Positions 55,948 to 64,000 of a stretch of DNA of 64,000 bases are shown one piece after another. Below the pieces are notes generated by a model that saw nothing but the letters and a program-made list of their open reading frames with translations, did no database searches and was not told the DNA's origin. The translations under genes and the position numbers were made by a program. Within the stretch, counting starts at the first letter, position 1, and each line of letters opens with the position of its first letter. Source of the stretch: an uncultured Candidatus Saccharibacteria bacterium. GTDB taxonomy: Bacteria > Patescibacteriota > CALEFQ01 > G965231055. The DNA is taken from NCBI GenBank assembly GCA_965231055.1, contig OZ246411.1, positions 537,875 to 601,874 of the forward strand, read 5' to 3'.

Positions 55948-57180
55948 ATGAAACTTACAAACCTATTCACGAAAACTAGTAAAGAGGCGCCTAAAGGTGA
56001 AACTACAAAAAACGCCAAGTTTTTGGTGCAGGCAGGTTTTGTAAACAAGCTTATGTCAGGAGTTTATACTTATCTTCCATTGGGACTAAAAACACTTGAT
56101 AAAATTAAAAATATTATAAGAGAAGAAATAAATGCAGTGGGCGGACAAGAAATACTTATGCCAGCGCTTACTCCAAAAGAAAATTGGGTAAAGACCAAGA
56201 GATGGGATGAGATAGATGTACTTTTCAAACTCACCGGTTCTGACAAAAAAGAATTGGCGTTAGGATCTACTCATGAAGAAATAGTTACTCCACTTGTAAA
56301 ACAATACGCCTCTTCATACAAAGACCTTCCTGTAGCTGTCTATCAAATCCAAGACAAATTTAGAGATGAGCCCAGAGCTCGCTCAGGAATGCTACGAGGC
56401 AGAGAATTTTCTATGAAAGATTTGTATTCATTTCATACTGACGAAAAAGATCTTGATCAATATTACGAAAAAGTCGTAGGGGCATATCACAAAATTTTCA
56501 AAAGATTGGGAATAGGTGATATTACACTTCTTACCTATGCTTCGGGTGGAGTATTTTCAAAATATTCACATGAATTTCAGTCCATCATAGATTCGGGTGA
56601 AGATACTGTTTATGTTTGCGATAAATGCAATGTGGCGGTAAACAAAGAAATTTATGATGCCAAAAAGGGTTGTGAGAAATGTGGAAACAAGGAGCTCATA
56701 GAAAAAAGAGCCATAGAAGTGGGAAATGTATTTAAACTTGGAAACAGATTTTCTGAGGCTTTTGATTATAAATTTATAGATAAAGATGGAAAGCAAAAGC
56801 CAGTCGTGATGGGATGCTACGGTATGGGACCAGGGCGAATTATGGGAACTATAGTTGAGCTTTTGGCTGATGAGAGGGGACTTGTGTGGCCAGAAGAGAT
56901 TGCACCTTTTCACATTCATTTGGTAGCAATAGGAAAAGATCCAAAAGTTATGGTAGAAGCCAACGAGCTCTATAAAAAGCTATTAGACAAGAAAATAGAA
57001 GTGCTATTCGATGATAGAGATATTTCAACTGGAGCAAAACTAGCTGACGCTGATCTCATTGGAATTCCACATAGAATAGTGATAAGCGAAAAAACACTTT
57101 CCGCAGGAAAATTTGAGTATAAGAATAGAAGTGAAAAAGAAGTGAAGATGATAAGTGAGGACGAGGTTCTTGGGTTGTAG
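55948..57180 (+). CDS. proS: prolyl-tRNA synthetase lacking the INS editing domain (small Cys4 insertion instead)
   Basis: Class II motifs (FRDEPRARSGMLRGREFSMKD, GCYGMGPGRI). CDKC...CEKC mini-insertion where the INS domain would sit. Total length 410 aa. Confidence 0.85.
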   Translation: MKLTNLFTKTSKEAPKGETTKNAKFLVQAGFVNKLMSGVYTYLPLGLKTLDKIKNIIREEINAVGGQEILMPALTPKENWVKTKRWDEIDVLFKLTGSDKKELALGSTHEEIVTPLVKQYASSYKDLPVAVYQIQDKFRDEPRARSGMLRGREFSMKDLYSFHTDEKDLDQYYEKVVGAYHKIFKRLGIGDITLLTYASGGVFSKYSHEFQSIIDSGEDTVYVCDKCNVAVNKEIYDAKKGCEKCGNKELIEKRAIEVGNVFKLGNRFSEAFDYKFIDKDGKQKPVVMGCYGMGPGRIMGTIVELLADERGLVWPEEIAPFHIHLVAIGKDPKVMVEANELYKKLLDKKIEVLFDDRDISTGAKLADADLIGIPHRIVISEKTLSAGKFEYKNRSEKEVKMISEDEVLGL

Positions 57181-57305
57181 GTGTTAGACTATAAGAATTA
57201 GTGGAGTTAGATGGATTAGAAGTTTTAGACCATAGCTGACTTAGACCCTGAAACGAGTTCGGGGTGACAGTAAGAGTGGGCGTGTCGATAAAGCAAATAG
57301 AACAT

Positions 57306-58352
57306 ATGAAATTTTTTAGAAAATTTTCAAGTAATATTGGTATAGACCTGGGTACTGCAAATACCTTGGTTTATGTTGATGGAAAAGGAATAGTTATAAA
57401 CGAGCCATCAGTCGTCGCCATGAATACAAAAACAGGACAAGTTTTGGCAATAGGAAGTGAGGCCAAACGCATGGTGGGAAAAACTCCTGCTCACATAGTA
57501 GCAACGAGACCTCTCGTAGATGGAGTGATTTCAGATTATGAAGTGACAGAGCAGATGCTCAAATATTTTATAGACAAAGTTCAAAGTTCTCGTTTTGCCT
57601 TGATCTCTAGGCCAATGGTAGTTGTCGGAGTTCCATCGGGTGTTACTGAAGTAGAGAAGCGTGCCGTAGAAGAAGCGACACTAAGCGCTGGAGCTAGAAA
57701 AGTATTTCTCATAGAAGAACCAATGGCAGCAGCAATAGGAGCGAAACTTCCAGTGCAGGATGCTGCGGGAAGCCTTATCGTAGATATTGGTGGAGGTACT
57801 ACCGAAGTAGCTGTTATTTCTCTTGGTGGAATCGTGGTTAGTAAATCTTTGAGAATCGCTGGAGACGAACTCAATCAAGACATTATTGACTATGCCAGGG
57901 AAGAATTCAATCTGCTTTTGGGAGAGCGCACTGCTGAAGAAATCAAACTTGCGATAGGCTCAGCCGTAGAACTAGAGGAGCCTCTTGAGGCACAGATGCG
58001 AGGTCGTGATATCGTCACAGGACTTCCCAAAGAAATTACAATTACAGATGAAGATGTCCGCCAAGCTATGGCGCGATCTATCCGCACTCTCGTCACAAAT
58101 ATCAAAGCTACAGTTGAGGAAACTCCTCCGGAGCTAGTTGCTGATATCATGAAGCGAGGAATAGTGCTAGCTGGGGGAGGAGCACTTCTTCGAGGTCTAG
58201 ACAAACTCGTTGCCGAGCACACCCAAATGCCAGTACATATCGCAAACGATCCTTTGACCGCGGTGGTCAGAGGCACCGGTATTGTTCTCGAAGACATTGA
58301 ATCTTTGAAAGATGTATTAGTCGCCACAGACTTCGGTAAACCGATAAAATAG
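57306..58352 (+). CDS. mreB: rod shape-determining actin homolog MreB (paralog 2)
   Basis: IGIDLGTANTLVYV, IVDIGGGTTEVAVISLGG and LAGGGALLRGLDKL motifs. Start moved to the ATG at 57306. Followed by mreC, mreD and PBP2. Confidence 0.85.
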   Translation: MKFFRKFSSNIGIDLGTANTLVYVDGKGIVINEPSVVAMNTKTGQVLAIGSEAKRMVGKTPAHIVATRPLVDGVISDYEVTEQMLKYFIDKVQSSRFALISRPMVVVGVPSGVTEVEKRAVEEATLSAGARKVFLIEEPMAAAIGAKLPVQDAAGSLIVDIGGGTTEVAVISLGGIVVSKSLRIAGDELNQDIIDYAREEFNLLLGERTAEEIKLAIGSAVELEEPLEAQMRGRDIVTGLPKEITITDEDVRQAMARSIRTLVTNIKATVEETPPELVADIMKRGIVLAGGGALLRGLDKLVAEHTQMPVHIANDPLTAVVRGTGIVLEDIESLKDVLVATDFGKPIK

Positions 58353-58357
58353 TTTTA

Positions 58358-59167
58358 ATGCGACGAAATAGCAATAAAACAACCTATATACTCGTCTCAA
58401 TCCTAGTAGCGCTGATATTGGCTACTCTGGGGGCTTTTGGCGTGCTAGAGCCCGTAAAAGGGGCCTTTTTGGCTGTAGGCGGGGGGATAGTGAGTGTGGT
58501 GAGGTGGCCATTTGATAGGGTTTATGATTTTGTGGTGGTGATAGGATCTATAGGACATCTCAAGACTGATAAGGTGAGCTTGATGGATGAGGTGGAGTCA
58601 CTCAAAGCGCAAAATGCAAAACTAACTGAAGAAAACAAAGAGCTTGGTGATCTTCGCGAGCAGTTTGATTTTAGACAAACTTTTAAATCTGAAACAATAG
58701 AGGCAAATGTGGTGGGGCGCACCGCCGATGAGTCTAGACAAATTATAATTATAGGAAGAGGAAGCAGTGGAGATGTGGAAGAAAATGATGCCGTGCTGAC
58801 TTCTTCCGGGTCTCTTGTTGGAGTTGTAAAAAAAGTTTATCCGATGACTGCGGAAGTAGTACTTATCACTGATCCAGGAAGTACGATAAATGCAAAGATT
58901 CAGAAAATAGAAAATGGACTTGGACTTGTAAAGGGGGAGCATGGAGTAAGTTTGACAATGGAAGCGATAGATAAATCTGCTGAAGTAAAAGATGGACAAG
59001 TGGTCGTGACTTCGGGACTTGATGGGATGCTTCCAAGCGGATTGGTAGTTGGTACGCTTTCACATATTGTTGACGCAGAAAGTGATTTGTTTAAGTCCGC
59101 GCGAGTGAATCCCATAGTTTCATTTCGCAACCTCACAAGAGTTTTTATTTTGAAAAAAGTCAATTAG
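58358..59167 (+). CDS. mreC: rod shape-determining protein MreC
   Basis: N-terminal TM helix. Coiled coil (LKAQNAKLTEENKELGDLRE). C-terminal beta domain. Sits between mreB and mreD. Confidence 0.75.
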   Translation: MRRNSNKTTYILVSILVALILATLGAFGVLEPVKGAFLAVGGGIVSVVRWPFDRVYDFVVVIGSIGHLKTDKVSLMDEVESLKAQNAKLTEENKELGDLREQFDFRQTFKSETIEANVVGRTADESRQIIIIGRGSSGDVEENDAVLTSSGSLVGVVKKVYPMTAEVVLITDPGSTINAKIQKIENGLGLVKGEHGVSLTMEAIDKSAEVKDGQVVVTSGLDGMLPSGLVVGTLSHIVDAESDLFKSARVNPIVSFRNLTRVFILKKVN

Positions 59168-59247
59168 GTTCTAGTGGATCTAGAAGTATTAGATGAACTA
59201 TGAGTTAACCGGTTCTTCTAATGCCTCAAGTGCTTCTAAAACCTAAC

Positions 59248-59835
59248 ATGCTAAATATATTTTCCTCACTATTCTCTTCAAAAACAAGACAGAGGATTGG
59301 TTCTTCTGCTAAGGAGAGTAGGTGGGGGCTTTACATTTTTATAGCTATACTCGTGGTGCTTCAAATAATCGTAGCGCCTTATTTTGAATTCAAGGGAGTT
59401 GGGTTTAATTTGATTTTGGTATTTTTATTGGTTTGGGTTTTTTATTCGGAAGGCAAAGAAGTCACACCTCTTTTATTTGCTGGAATATTACTTGATTTGT
59501 TTAGTGCTGAAAGATTTGGTATCTGGACGCTTGCCTTGGTTCTTGCAGTTTTGGTTTATCTTTTCTTGGGACTTTTTATTTCGAATGTAGGAACGCTGAT
59601 TTCAAAAACGATAATTGTTTTGGTGCTTGCTGGTTTTTGCGTATTTGTCCCTTTTTTCCTTCAGCAACTTTTTATGCTAATTAGTAAAGAAACTCCGATT
59701 GTGTTTGGCGGAACTATGGTTTGGATTTTGATTTTTGAGATGCTTTTCAATCTATTGGTTTATGTTATCCTTGTATTACCCATGACAAGATTTTTGGACC
59801 GCTTGAGTCCAAAGCGCGTAGTACTTTATAAATAG
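59248..59835 (+). CDS. mreD: rod shape-determining protein MreD (polytopic membrane protein)
   Basis: Four or five TM helices. Position between mreC and PBP2. Start chosen at the ATG preceded by AAAACCTAACAT, the same context as proS. The ORF track starts at 59221. Confidence 0.55.
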   Translation: MLNIFSSLFSSKTRQRIGSSAKESRWGLYIFIAILVVLQIIVAPYFEFKGVGFNLILVFLLVWVFYSEGKEVTPLLFAGILLDLFSAERFGIWTLALVLAVLVYLFLGLFISNVGTLISKTIIVLVLAGFCVFVPFFLQQLFMLISKETPIVFGGTMVWILIFEMLFNLLVYVILVLPMTRFLDRLSPKRVVLYK

Positions 59836-59876
59836 ACGAGCGAAGTGTTAGGTTCTAAGTTTTAGAGGTGTCAGGA

Positions 59877-60090
59877 ACTAACGAACATAATATTTCATGT
59901 AGCAATGGGGTTTGGGGTGTTCAACTGTTGGAGCGTCCCTCGATGAGTCGCCAGATGCTCTATTGTTTCGATTAGCGACTTTTGAACACCCCACAAACCT
60001 TTTGGTTACTTTTCAGTTATGAAAAGTAACTCTGCGAAGCACTTCGTGACTACGTCTGGATCCCCGATCAAGGTCGGGGATGACGACGGG
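59877..60090 (-). repeat. interspersed structured repeat, copy 3 (- orientation)
   Basis: Reverse complement matches copy 1, including the TCCCCGACC(T)TGATCGGGGA hairpin and the GGTTTGTGGGGTGTTCAA/TTGAACACCCCAAACC arms. The central ~40 nt have diverged. Confidence 0.8.
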
Positions 60091-60135
60091 ATGTGCGGAA
60101 TTACAAAAAAACCTAACACCTATAACCTACAAATA

Positions 60136-62097
60136 ATGGCATTATTTGAATATACAAAAGATGATAGAGAAACCAGCAAGCTTGGAATATCCAGGAAGAA
60201 TTTGGATTGGGAGGAATCTCTGATATCTGGCGCCAAATCAAGTGATGGTGAATCTATGGATGTTGTAAGTAAATTTAAAAAAGGCAGAATGATGTGGTTT
60301 GTGGTGGCTGTGGTTTTAATCATGGGAATGCTTGTTTTTAAGACTGCATATATGCAATTTGTGGAGGGAAAAAATCTCAGAATAGCCGCAGAAGAAAATA
60401 GAATCCGAACTATTCCAGAGCTTGCACCTAGAGGTGTGATCAAGGATAGAAATGGAGAAGTGATCGCTCAAAACTCACCAAGCTTCAATTTGGTTTATGT
60501 GCCTTCAGATATTTCAAGTGACGAAGCAGAGATGGATAAATCGCTTACCAAAATTTCTGAAGTAGCGGGGGTTTCTCTTGATGAGCTTAAAAAAACTATT
60601 GAAGAAGCGCCTGACAATTCATTTGAAGCTTACATATTGATTGCAGATCTTCCCAAAGAATCTGCGCTAAAACTTATTTCTATAAAAGATTCGCTCGGAG
60701 GTTTTTATGTACAAGATGTGGCTATAAGAGAATACACTCAAAAAGAAATTTTTGCGCATGTGCTTGGTTACACTGGACTTATTTCAAAAGAAGAATATGA
60801 GGAAAAAGCAAATGGAGATATAAAATATTATTTCAATGACTATATCGGAAAATCCGGAATAGAAAAAACTTATGAAAATTTCTTGCGAGGAGAGCCGGGT
60901 ATGCGACAAATAGAAGTTGACTCAATGGGGCGAGAAGAAAAAGAGCTTGCCTATAAAGAGCCAGAAAGTGGATCAGATGTGGTGCTGGGTATAGATGCAA
61001 AACTCCAGAAATTTTTATATGAAAGACTTTCTGAAGTATCCAAAGAATCCGGGAGCGGAAAAGCATCTGCTGTGGCGATGAATCCCAAAACCGGAGAAAT
61101 ACTTTCTATGGTTTCTGTTCCATCGTATGACAATAATCTTTTTTCAAAAACCAAAGACAAAGAATACGCAAAACTTTTTACTGACGAAACGAGACCTCTT
61201 TTAAATAGAGCGATCACCGGAGTCTATCCTCCTGGATCCACCGTGAAGCCCGGAGTGGCTGTCGCAGCCCTTGAAGAGGATGTTATTACTCCAAATACCA
61301 CGATTATGGACAAGGGAGAGATTTCCGTTGCACATAAATATGATCCAAGTATCGTTTATAAATTTGTGGGATACGAGAGATCTGGTTTGGGCTTGGTTGA
61401 TGTTTATACATATATATCAAAATCTTCTGACATTTTTTCATATTATATTGGTGGAGGATATGGTGATTTTAAGGGGCTTGGACTTACAAAACTCAAAAAT
61501 TGGTATGAACTTTTTGGATTTGGAAGTGCCCTAGGAATAGATATAGAAGGAGAGGCTTCTGGTCTGATTCCAGACGAAGAATGGAAGCAGAAAGTAAAAG
61601 GAGAAGCTTGGTATCTGGGAGATTTGTATCACCTTTCAATAGGTCAAGGAGACATGTTAGCAACTCCGTTGCAGCTTGTTTCTTATATCTCAACTATTGC
61701 GAATGGAGGGAGTTTGGTAAAACCGCATCTTGTTAAATCTATTGTAAATCTTGAAACTCAAAAAACTACTACAATAGAAACAGAAGTGATACGCGAAAAT
61801 TTTGCTAGTAGTGAAAGCATCTCGGTGGTTAGGGAGGCGATGAGACGAACTGTGACTGATGGTTCGGGAAGAGCTTTAAATACTTTGCCCTTTACATCTG
61901 CTGGAAAAACAGGAACAGCGCAGTATGTAGAAGATGGAGATAAAAAAGAGCATGCTTGGTATGTGAGCTTTGCTCCATATGAAGATCCTGAAATAGCACT
62001 TGTTATACTTGTGGAAGGTGGAGGCGAAGGTTTTAGAACAGCAGTTCCAGTTGCCAAAGACGCACTTGAACATTATTTTAATGAAAAGCAGGACTAG
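60136..62097 (+). CDS. mrdA: penicillin-binding protein 2 (elongasome transpeptidase)
   Basis: TM helix, then SxxK (GSTVKP), SxN and KTG (AGKTGTAQ) motifs. The ORF-track start 60019 lies inside repeat copy 3, so the ATG at 60136 is preferred. Confidence 0.85.
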   Translation: MALFEYTKDDRETSKLGISRKNLDWEESLISGAKSSDGESMDVVSKFKKGRMMWFVVAVVLIMGMLVFKTAYMQFVEGKNLRIAAEENRIRTIPELAPRGVIKDRNGEVIAQNSPSFNLVYVPSDISSDEAEMDKSLTKISEVAGVSLDELKKTIEEAPDNSFEAYILIADLPKESALKLISIKDSLGGFYVQDVAIREYTQKEIFAHVLGYTGLISKEEYEEKANGDIKYYFNDYIGKSGIEKTYENFLRGEPGMRQIEVDSMGREEKELAYKEPESGSDVVLGIDAKLQKFLYERLSEVSKESGSGKASAVAMNPKTGEILSMVSVPSYDNNLFSKTKDKEYAKLFTDETRPLLNRAITGVYPPGSTVKPGVAVAALEEDVITPNTTIMDKGEISVAHKYDPSIVYKFVGYERSGLGLVDVYTYISKSSDIFSYYIGGGYGDFKGLGLTKLKNWYELFGFGSALGIDIEGEASGLIPDEEWKQKVKGEAWYLGDLYHLSIGQGDMLATPLQLVSYISTIANGGSLVKPHLVKSIVNLETQKTTTIETEVIRENFASSESISVVREAMRRTVTDGSGRALNTLPFTSAGKTGTAQYVEDGDKKEHAWYVSFAPYEDPEIALVILVEGGGEGFRTAVPVAKDALEHYFNEKQD

Positions 62098-62274
62098 GGA
62101 TTAGATGGAATAGTTGAGCTAGATGCTTTAGATGATATATTTTAGAGTTTTGTGGTATCATCGGTATCTCTAATTGCGGGATGCGTAGAATGATCTCTTG
62201 TAATAAAGCCTAATACTTAAAACCCCTAATTCATTTAATTCCACTAATCCCGCTAGCCCATAATCTCGTTAGGC

Positions 62275-62302
62275 TTGACACAATCTACTAGTGTCGTATA
62301 AT
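62275..62302 (+). promoter_or_regulatory. consensus sigma70 promoter TTGACA - 16 nt - TATAAT upstream of greA
   Basis: Perfect -35 and -10 hexamers, 16-nt spacer, 49 nt before the greA ATG. Confidence 0.6.
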
Positions 62303-62351
62303 AGCCCCTTAACTAAAAAAGTTAGTTATTTTCGTTTAATAAGCCACTTAA

Positions 62352-62816
62352 ATGCCAAAGAAATTTGTAACCGCTTCTGGACGCAAAAAACTTGAAGAAG
62401 AGGTAAAATATCTCAAAGAAGTAAAGCGAAAAGAAGTCGCATCTAGAATAGATGAAGCCAAGCAGCAGGGAGATCTCTCTGAAAACGGCGAATACCAGGA
62501 TGCTCGAGATGAGCAGGCCATGATTGAGGGTAGAGTTAGAGAAATTGACGCCATGTTGAAGGAAGCTATTATCATTGATGACAGACATAAGAAATCTGAC
62601 AAGGTTTGTCTTGGTTCAACTGTTATGGTTGAAATCAATGGTGGAGACGCTAGAAGTTTTACACTTACAGGGTCAAAAGAAACTGATCCAATAAGTGGTC
62701 TCATTTCAAATGAGTCTCCAATGGGTCAAGCGCTTCTTGGTTCCAAAGTAGGTGAGATTGTTAAATATAATACTCCTGAGGGAGAAGTGAGCTGTAAAAT
62801 CACCGAACTTAAATAA
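62352..62816 (+). CDS. greA: transcription elongation factor GreA
   Basis: N-terminal coiled coil with the conserved acidic tip (DLSENGEYQDARDEQ). C-terminal FKBP-like domain. Confidence 0.9.
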   Translation: MPKKFVTASGRKKLEEEVKYLKEVKRKEVASRIDEAKQQGDLSENGEYQDARDEQAMIEGRVREIDAMLKEAIIIDDRHKKSDKVCLGSTVMVEINGGDARSFTLTGSKETDPISGLISNESPMGQALLGSKVGEIVKYNTPEGEVSCKITELK

Positions 62817-63056
62817 ATGAATCACAAAAGCGCTCTAAATCTAAGGGCGCTTTTTTGTTAGACGTAGGGCTATGTGATGGGGATTAGGTCCTAGTGAACC
62901 TGGGAGTATTAGAGGGATTAGAAAAATCTATTAACTCATAGTTCATCTAAATCCTCTAATACTTCCAAAACCTAGCACCTGATAACTAAAACCTAATCCC
63001 TCTGATTCTTCTAGATCCTCTGAATAGTTGTCTAGATAGCTAATATCTGGTAAAAT

Positions 63057-64000
63057 ATGGCCATGCAAAATTTAAAGGAAAAGCCTTCGGAAAACTACAT
63101 AATTAAGGACAGAAAAGCCAAACTTGGTAAACTAAAAGAGCTTGGTTTGGATCCTTATCCAGCAGTAACTTCGCGAAATACTTCGTGCAAGTCTTTTTTG
63201 GATAACTTTGAAAAACTAAAGGGCAAAGAGGTTATCGTTGCTGGAAGAATCAGGGCAAAAAGAGGCCATGGCAAAATTTCGTTTATTGATATTCAGGATG
63301 AAGGTGGAAATATTCAGATTATCGCGATGGCAAACAATATGGGAAAAAACTTTGATTTGGTTAAGCTTTTGGATATGGGAGACTTCTTGGAAGTCTCCGG
63401 AAAGGTGATTTTGAGCAAAACCAACGCGAAAAGTATTGAAGCGAGTGCGTTTAAAATCCTTTCAAAGTCAATTAGACCTCTTCCAGAAAAACGAAAGGGG
63501 TTGTCAGATATAGAAGAGAGATACAGAAGACGCTATTTGGATTTGCTTTCTCATCCAGAGATCGCAGAACTCTTTAGGAAAAAATCCAAATTCATTTCTA
63601 GTATTAGAGAATTTTTGAGCTCAGAAGGATTTTTGGAAGTGGAGACTCCTATACTCGAAGCTATTCCTGGTGGAGCCGATGCAAATCCTTTCAAAACCAA
63701 GCACGATGTGCTTGATATGAATTTTTATTTGCGTATTTCTCCAGAACTTCATCTAAAGCGATTGATAGTGGGTGGATACGACAAGGTTTTTGAAATAGGA
63801 AGATTGTTTCGTAATGAGGGAGTGAGCACTCAGCATCTTCAGGAATTTACTAATATGGAATTTTACTGGGCATATAGCGAGTACGAAGAGCTCATGAAAT
63901 TTACTGAAAAGTTTTTTGAAAAAATACTGATGCAGACTTTTGGTACACTTGATTTTTCATGGAAAGGTAAGAAGTTTTCATTCAAATCACCTATAAAAAG
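63057..64000 (+). CDS. lysS: lysyl-tRNA synthetase class II (3' end outside window)
   Basis: N-terminal OB anticodon-binding domain (VIVAGRIRAKRGHGKISFIDIQDEGGNIQI), then ERYRRRYLDL and class II motif 1. ORF open to the window end. Confidence 0.9.
   Translation, partial: MAMQNLKEKPSENYIIKDRKAKLGKLKELGLDPYPAVTSRNTSCKSFLDNFEKLKGKEVIVAGRIRAKRGHGKISFIDIQDEGGNIQIIAMANNMGKNFDLVKLLDMGDFLEVSGKVILSKTNAKSIEASAFKILSKSIRPLPEKRKGLSDIEERYRRRYLDLLSHPEIAELFRKKSKFISSIREFLSSEGFLEVETPILEAIPGGADANPFKTKHDVLDMNFYLRISPELHLKRLIVGGYDKVFEIGRLFRNEGVSTQHLQEFTNMEFYWAYSEYEELMKFTEKFFEKILMQTFGTLDFSWKGKKFSFKSPIK

Noticed and set aside
60019-60135. N-terminal extension of the PBP2 ORF (MKSNSAKHFVTTSGSPIKVGDDDGMCGITKK...)
   Set aside because: This segment is the reverse complement of repeat copy 3. 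The same MKSNSAKH... peptide is produced by the spurious minus ORF 50442-50639 in copy 1 and diverges in copy 2, so it is repeat-derived, not coding. The PBP2 start is assigned to the ATG at 60136.
343-62704. Numerous 60-175 aa antisense or embedded ORFs in the six-frame track (e.g. 343-540-, 2521-2760-, 12185-12454-, 49740-50267-, 57890-58327-, 62348-62704-)
   Set aside because: They lie fully inside well-supported genes on the opposite strand or in another frame. They have biased, low-complexity composition (Ser/Phe/Ile-rich from AT-rich antisense codons) and no start-site signals.
62098-63056. Possible CRISPR array in the repeat-dense intergenic regions around greA
   Set aside because: There are no identical direct repeats of 24-40 bp with regular spacers. 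The periodic units are 9 bp and degenerate. There are no cas genes in the window.

Overview
This 64-kb window has low GC (about 35-37%) and is densely packed with + strand genes, typical of a small-genome bacterium and possibly Patescibacteria/CPR-like. Evidence for that placement: a fragmented dcw cluster, aaRS genes with missing domains, and a sortase (Gram-positive-like envelope). Stop codon usage is standard, with no sign of recoding.

About 60 genes are called. Most are housekeeping:
- aspS (partial), an rlmN-like radical SAM gene, a ybaK-like deacylase, scpA and scpB.
- Cell wall genes: dacA-like, mraY, murD, ftsW, murG, murC, murA, and two mreB paralogs with mreC, mreD and PBP2.
- hpf, secA, secD, secF, mnmA, alaS, ftsA.
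- A ribosomal/alpha operon block: infA, rpmJ, rpsM, rpsK, rpsD, rpoA, rplQ, rplM, rpsI.
- holB, frr, rseP, proS, greA and lysS (partial).

Non-housekeeping content:
1. A promoter-led four-gene operon (26.4-32.7 kb). It encodes a protein combining a sigma-70 region-4 HTH with two HARE-HTH-like modules, a membrane-anchored protein, a VirD4/VirB4-family P-loop ATPase, and a larger paralog that fuses the two preceding gene products. I read this as a candidate minimal T4SS-like or DNA-translocation module.
2. A roughly 170-215 bp highly structured interspersed repeat in three copies (50.6, 55.7 and 60.0 kb), flanking the cell-shape genes.
3. Intergenic arrays of a short YTAGA/TCTAA(TCC) motif, often with 9-bp periodicity, that sit immediately upstream of start codons.
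4. A PP-loop ATPase-like gene whose stop abuts the murD start.
5. A sortase with a DUF11-like surface protein carrying a VPTG sorting signal.
6. An orphan Cas4/RecB-like PD-(D/E)XK nuclease.
7. Two GC-rich islands, each with a strongly SD-led small ORF.

No rRNA, tRNA or CRISPR arrays were found. All calls rest on reading motifs by eye; no homology searches were run.
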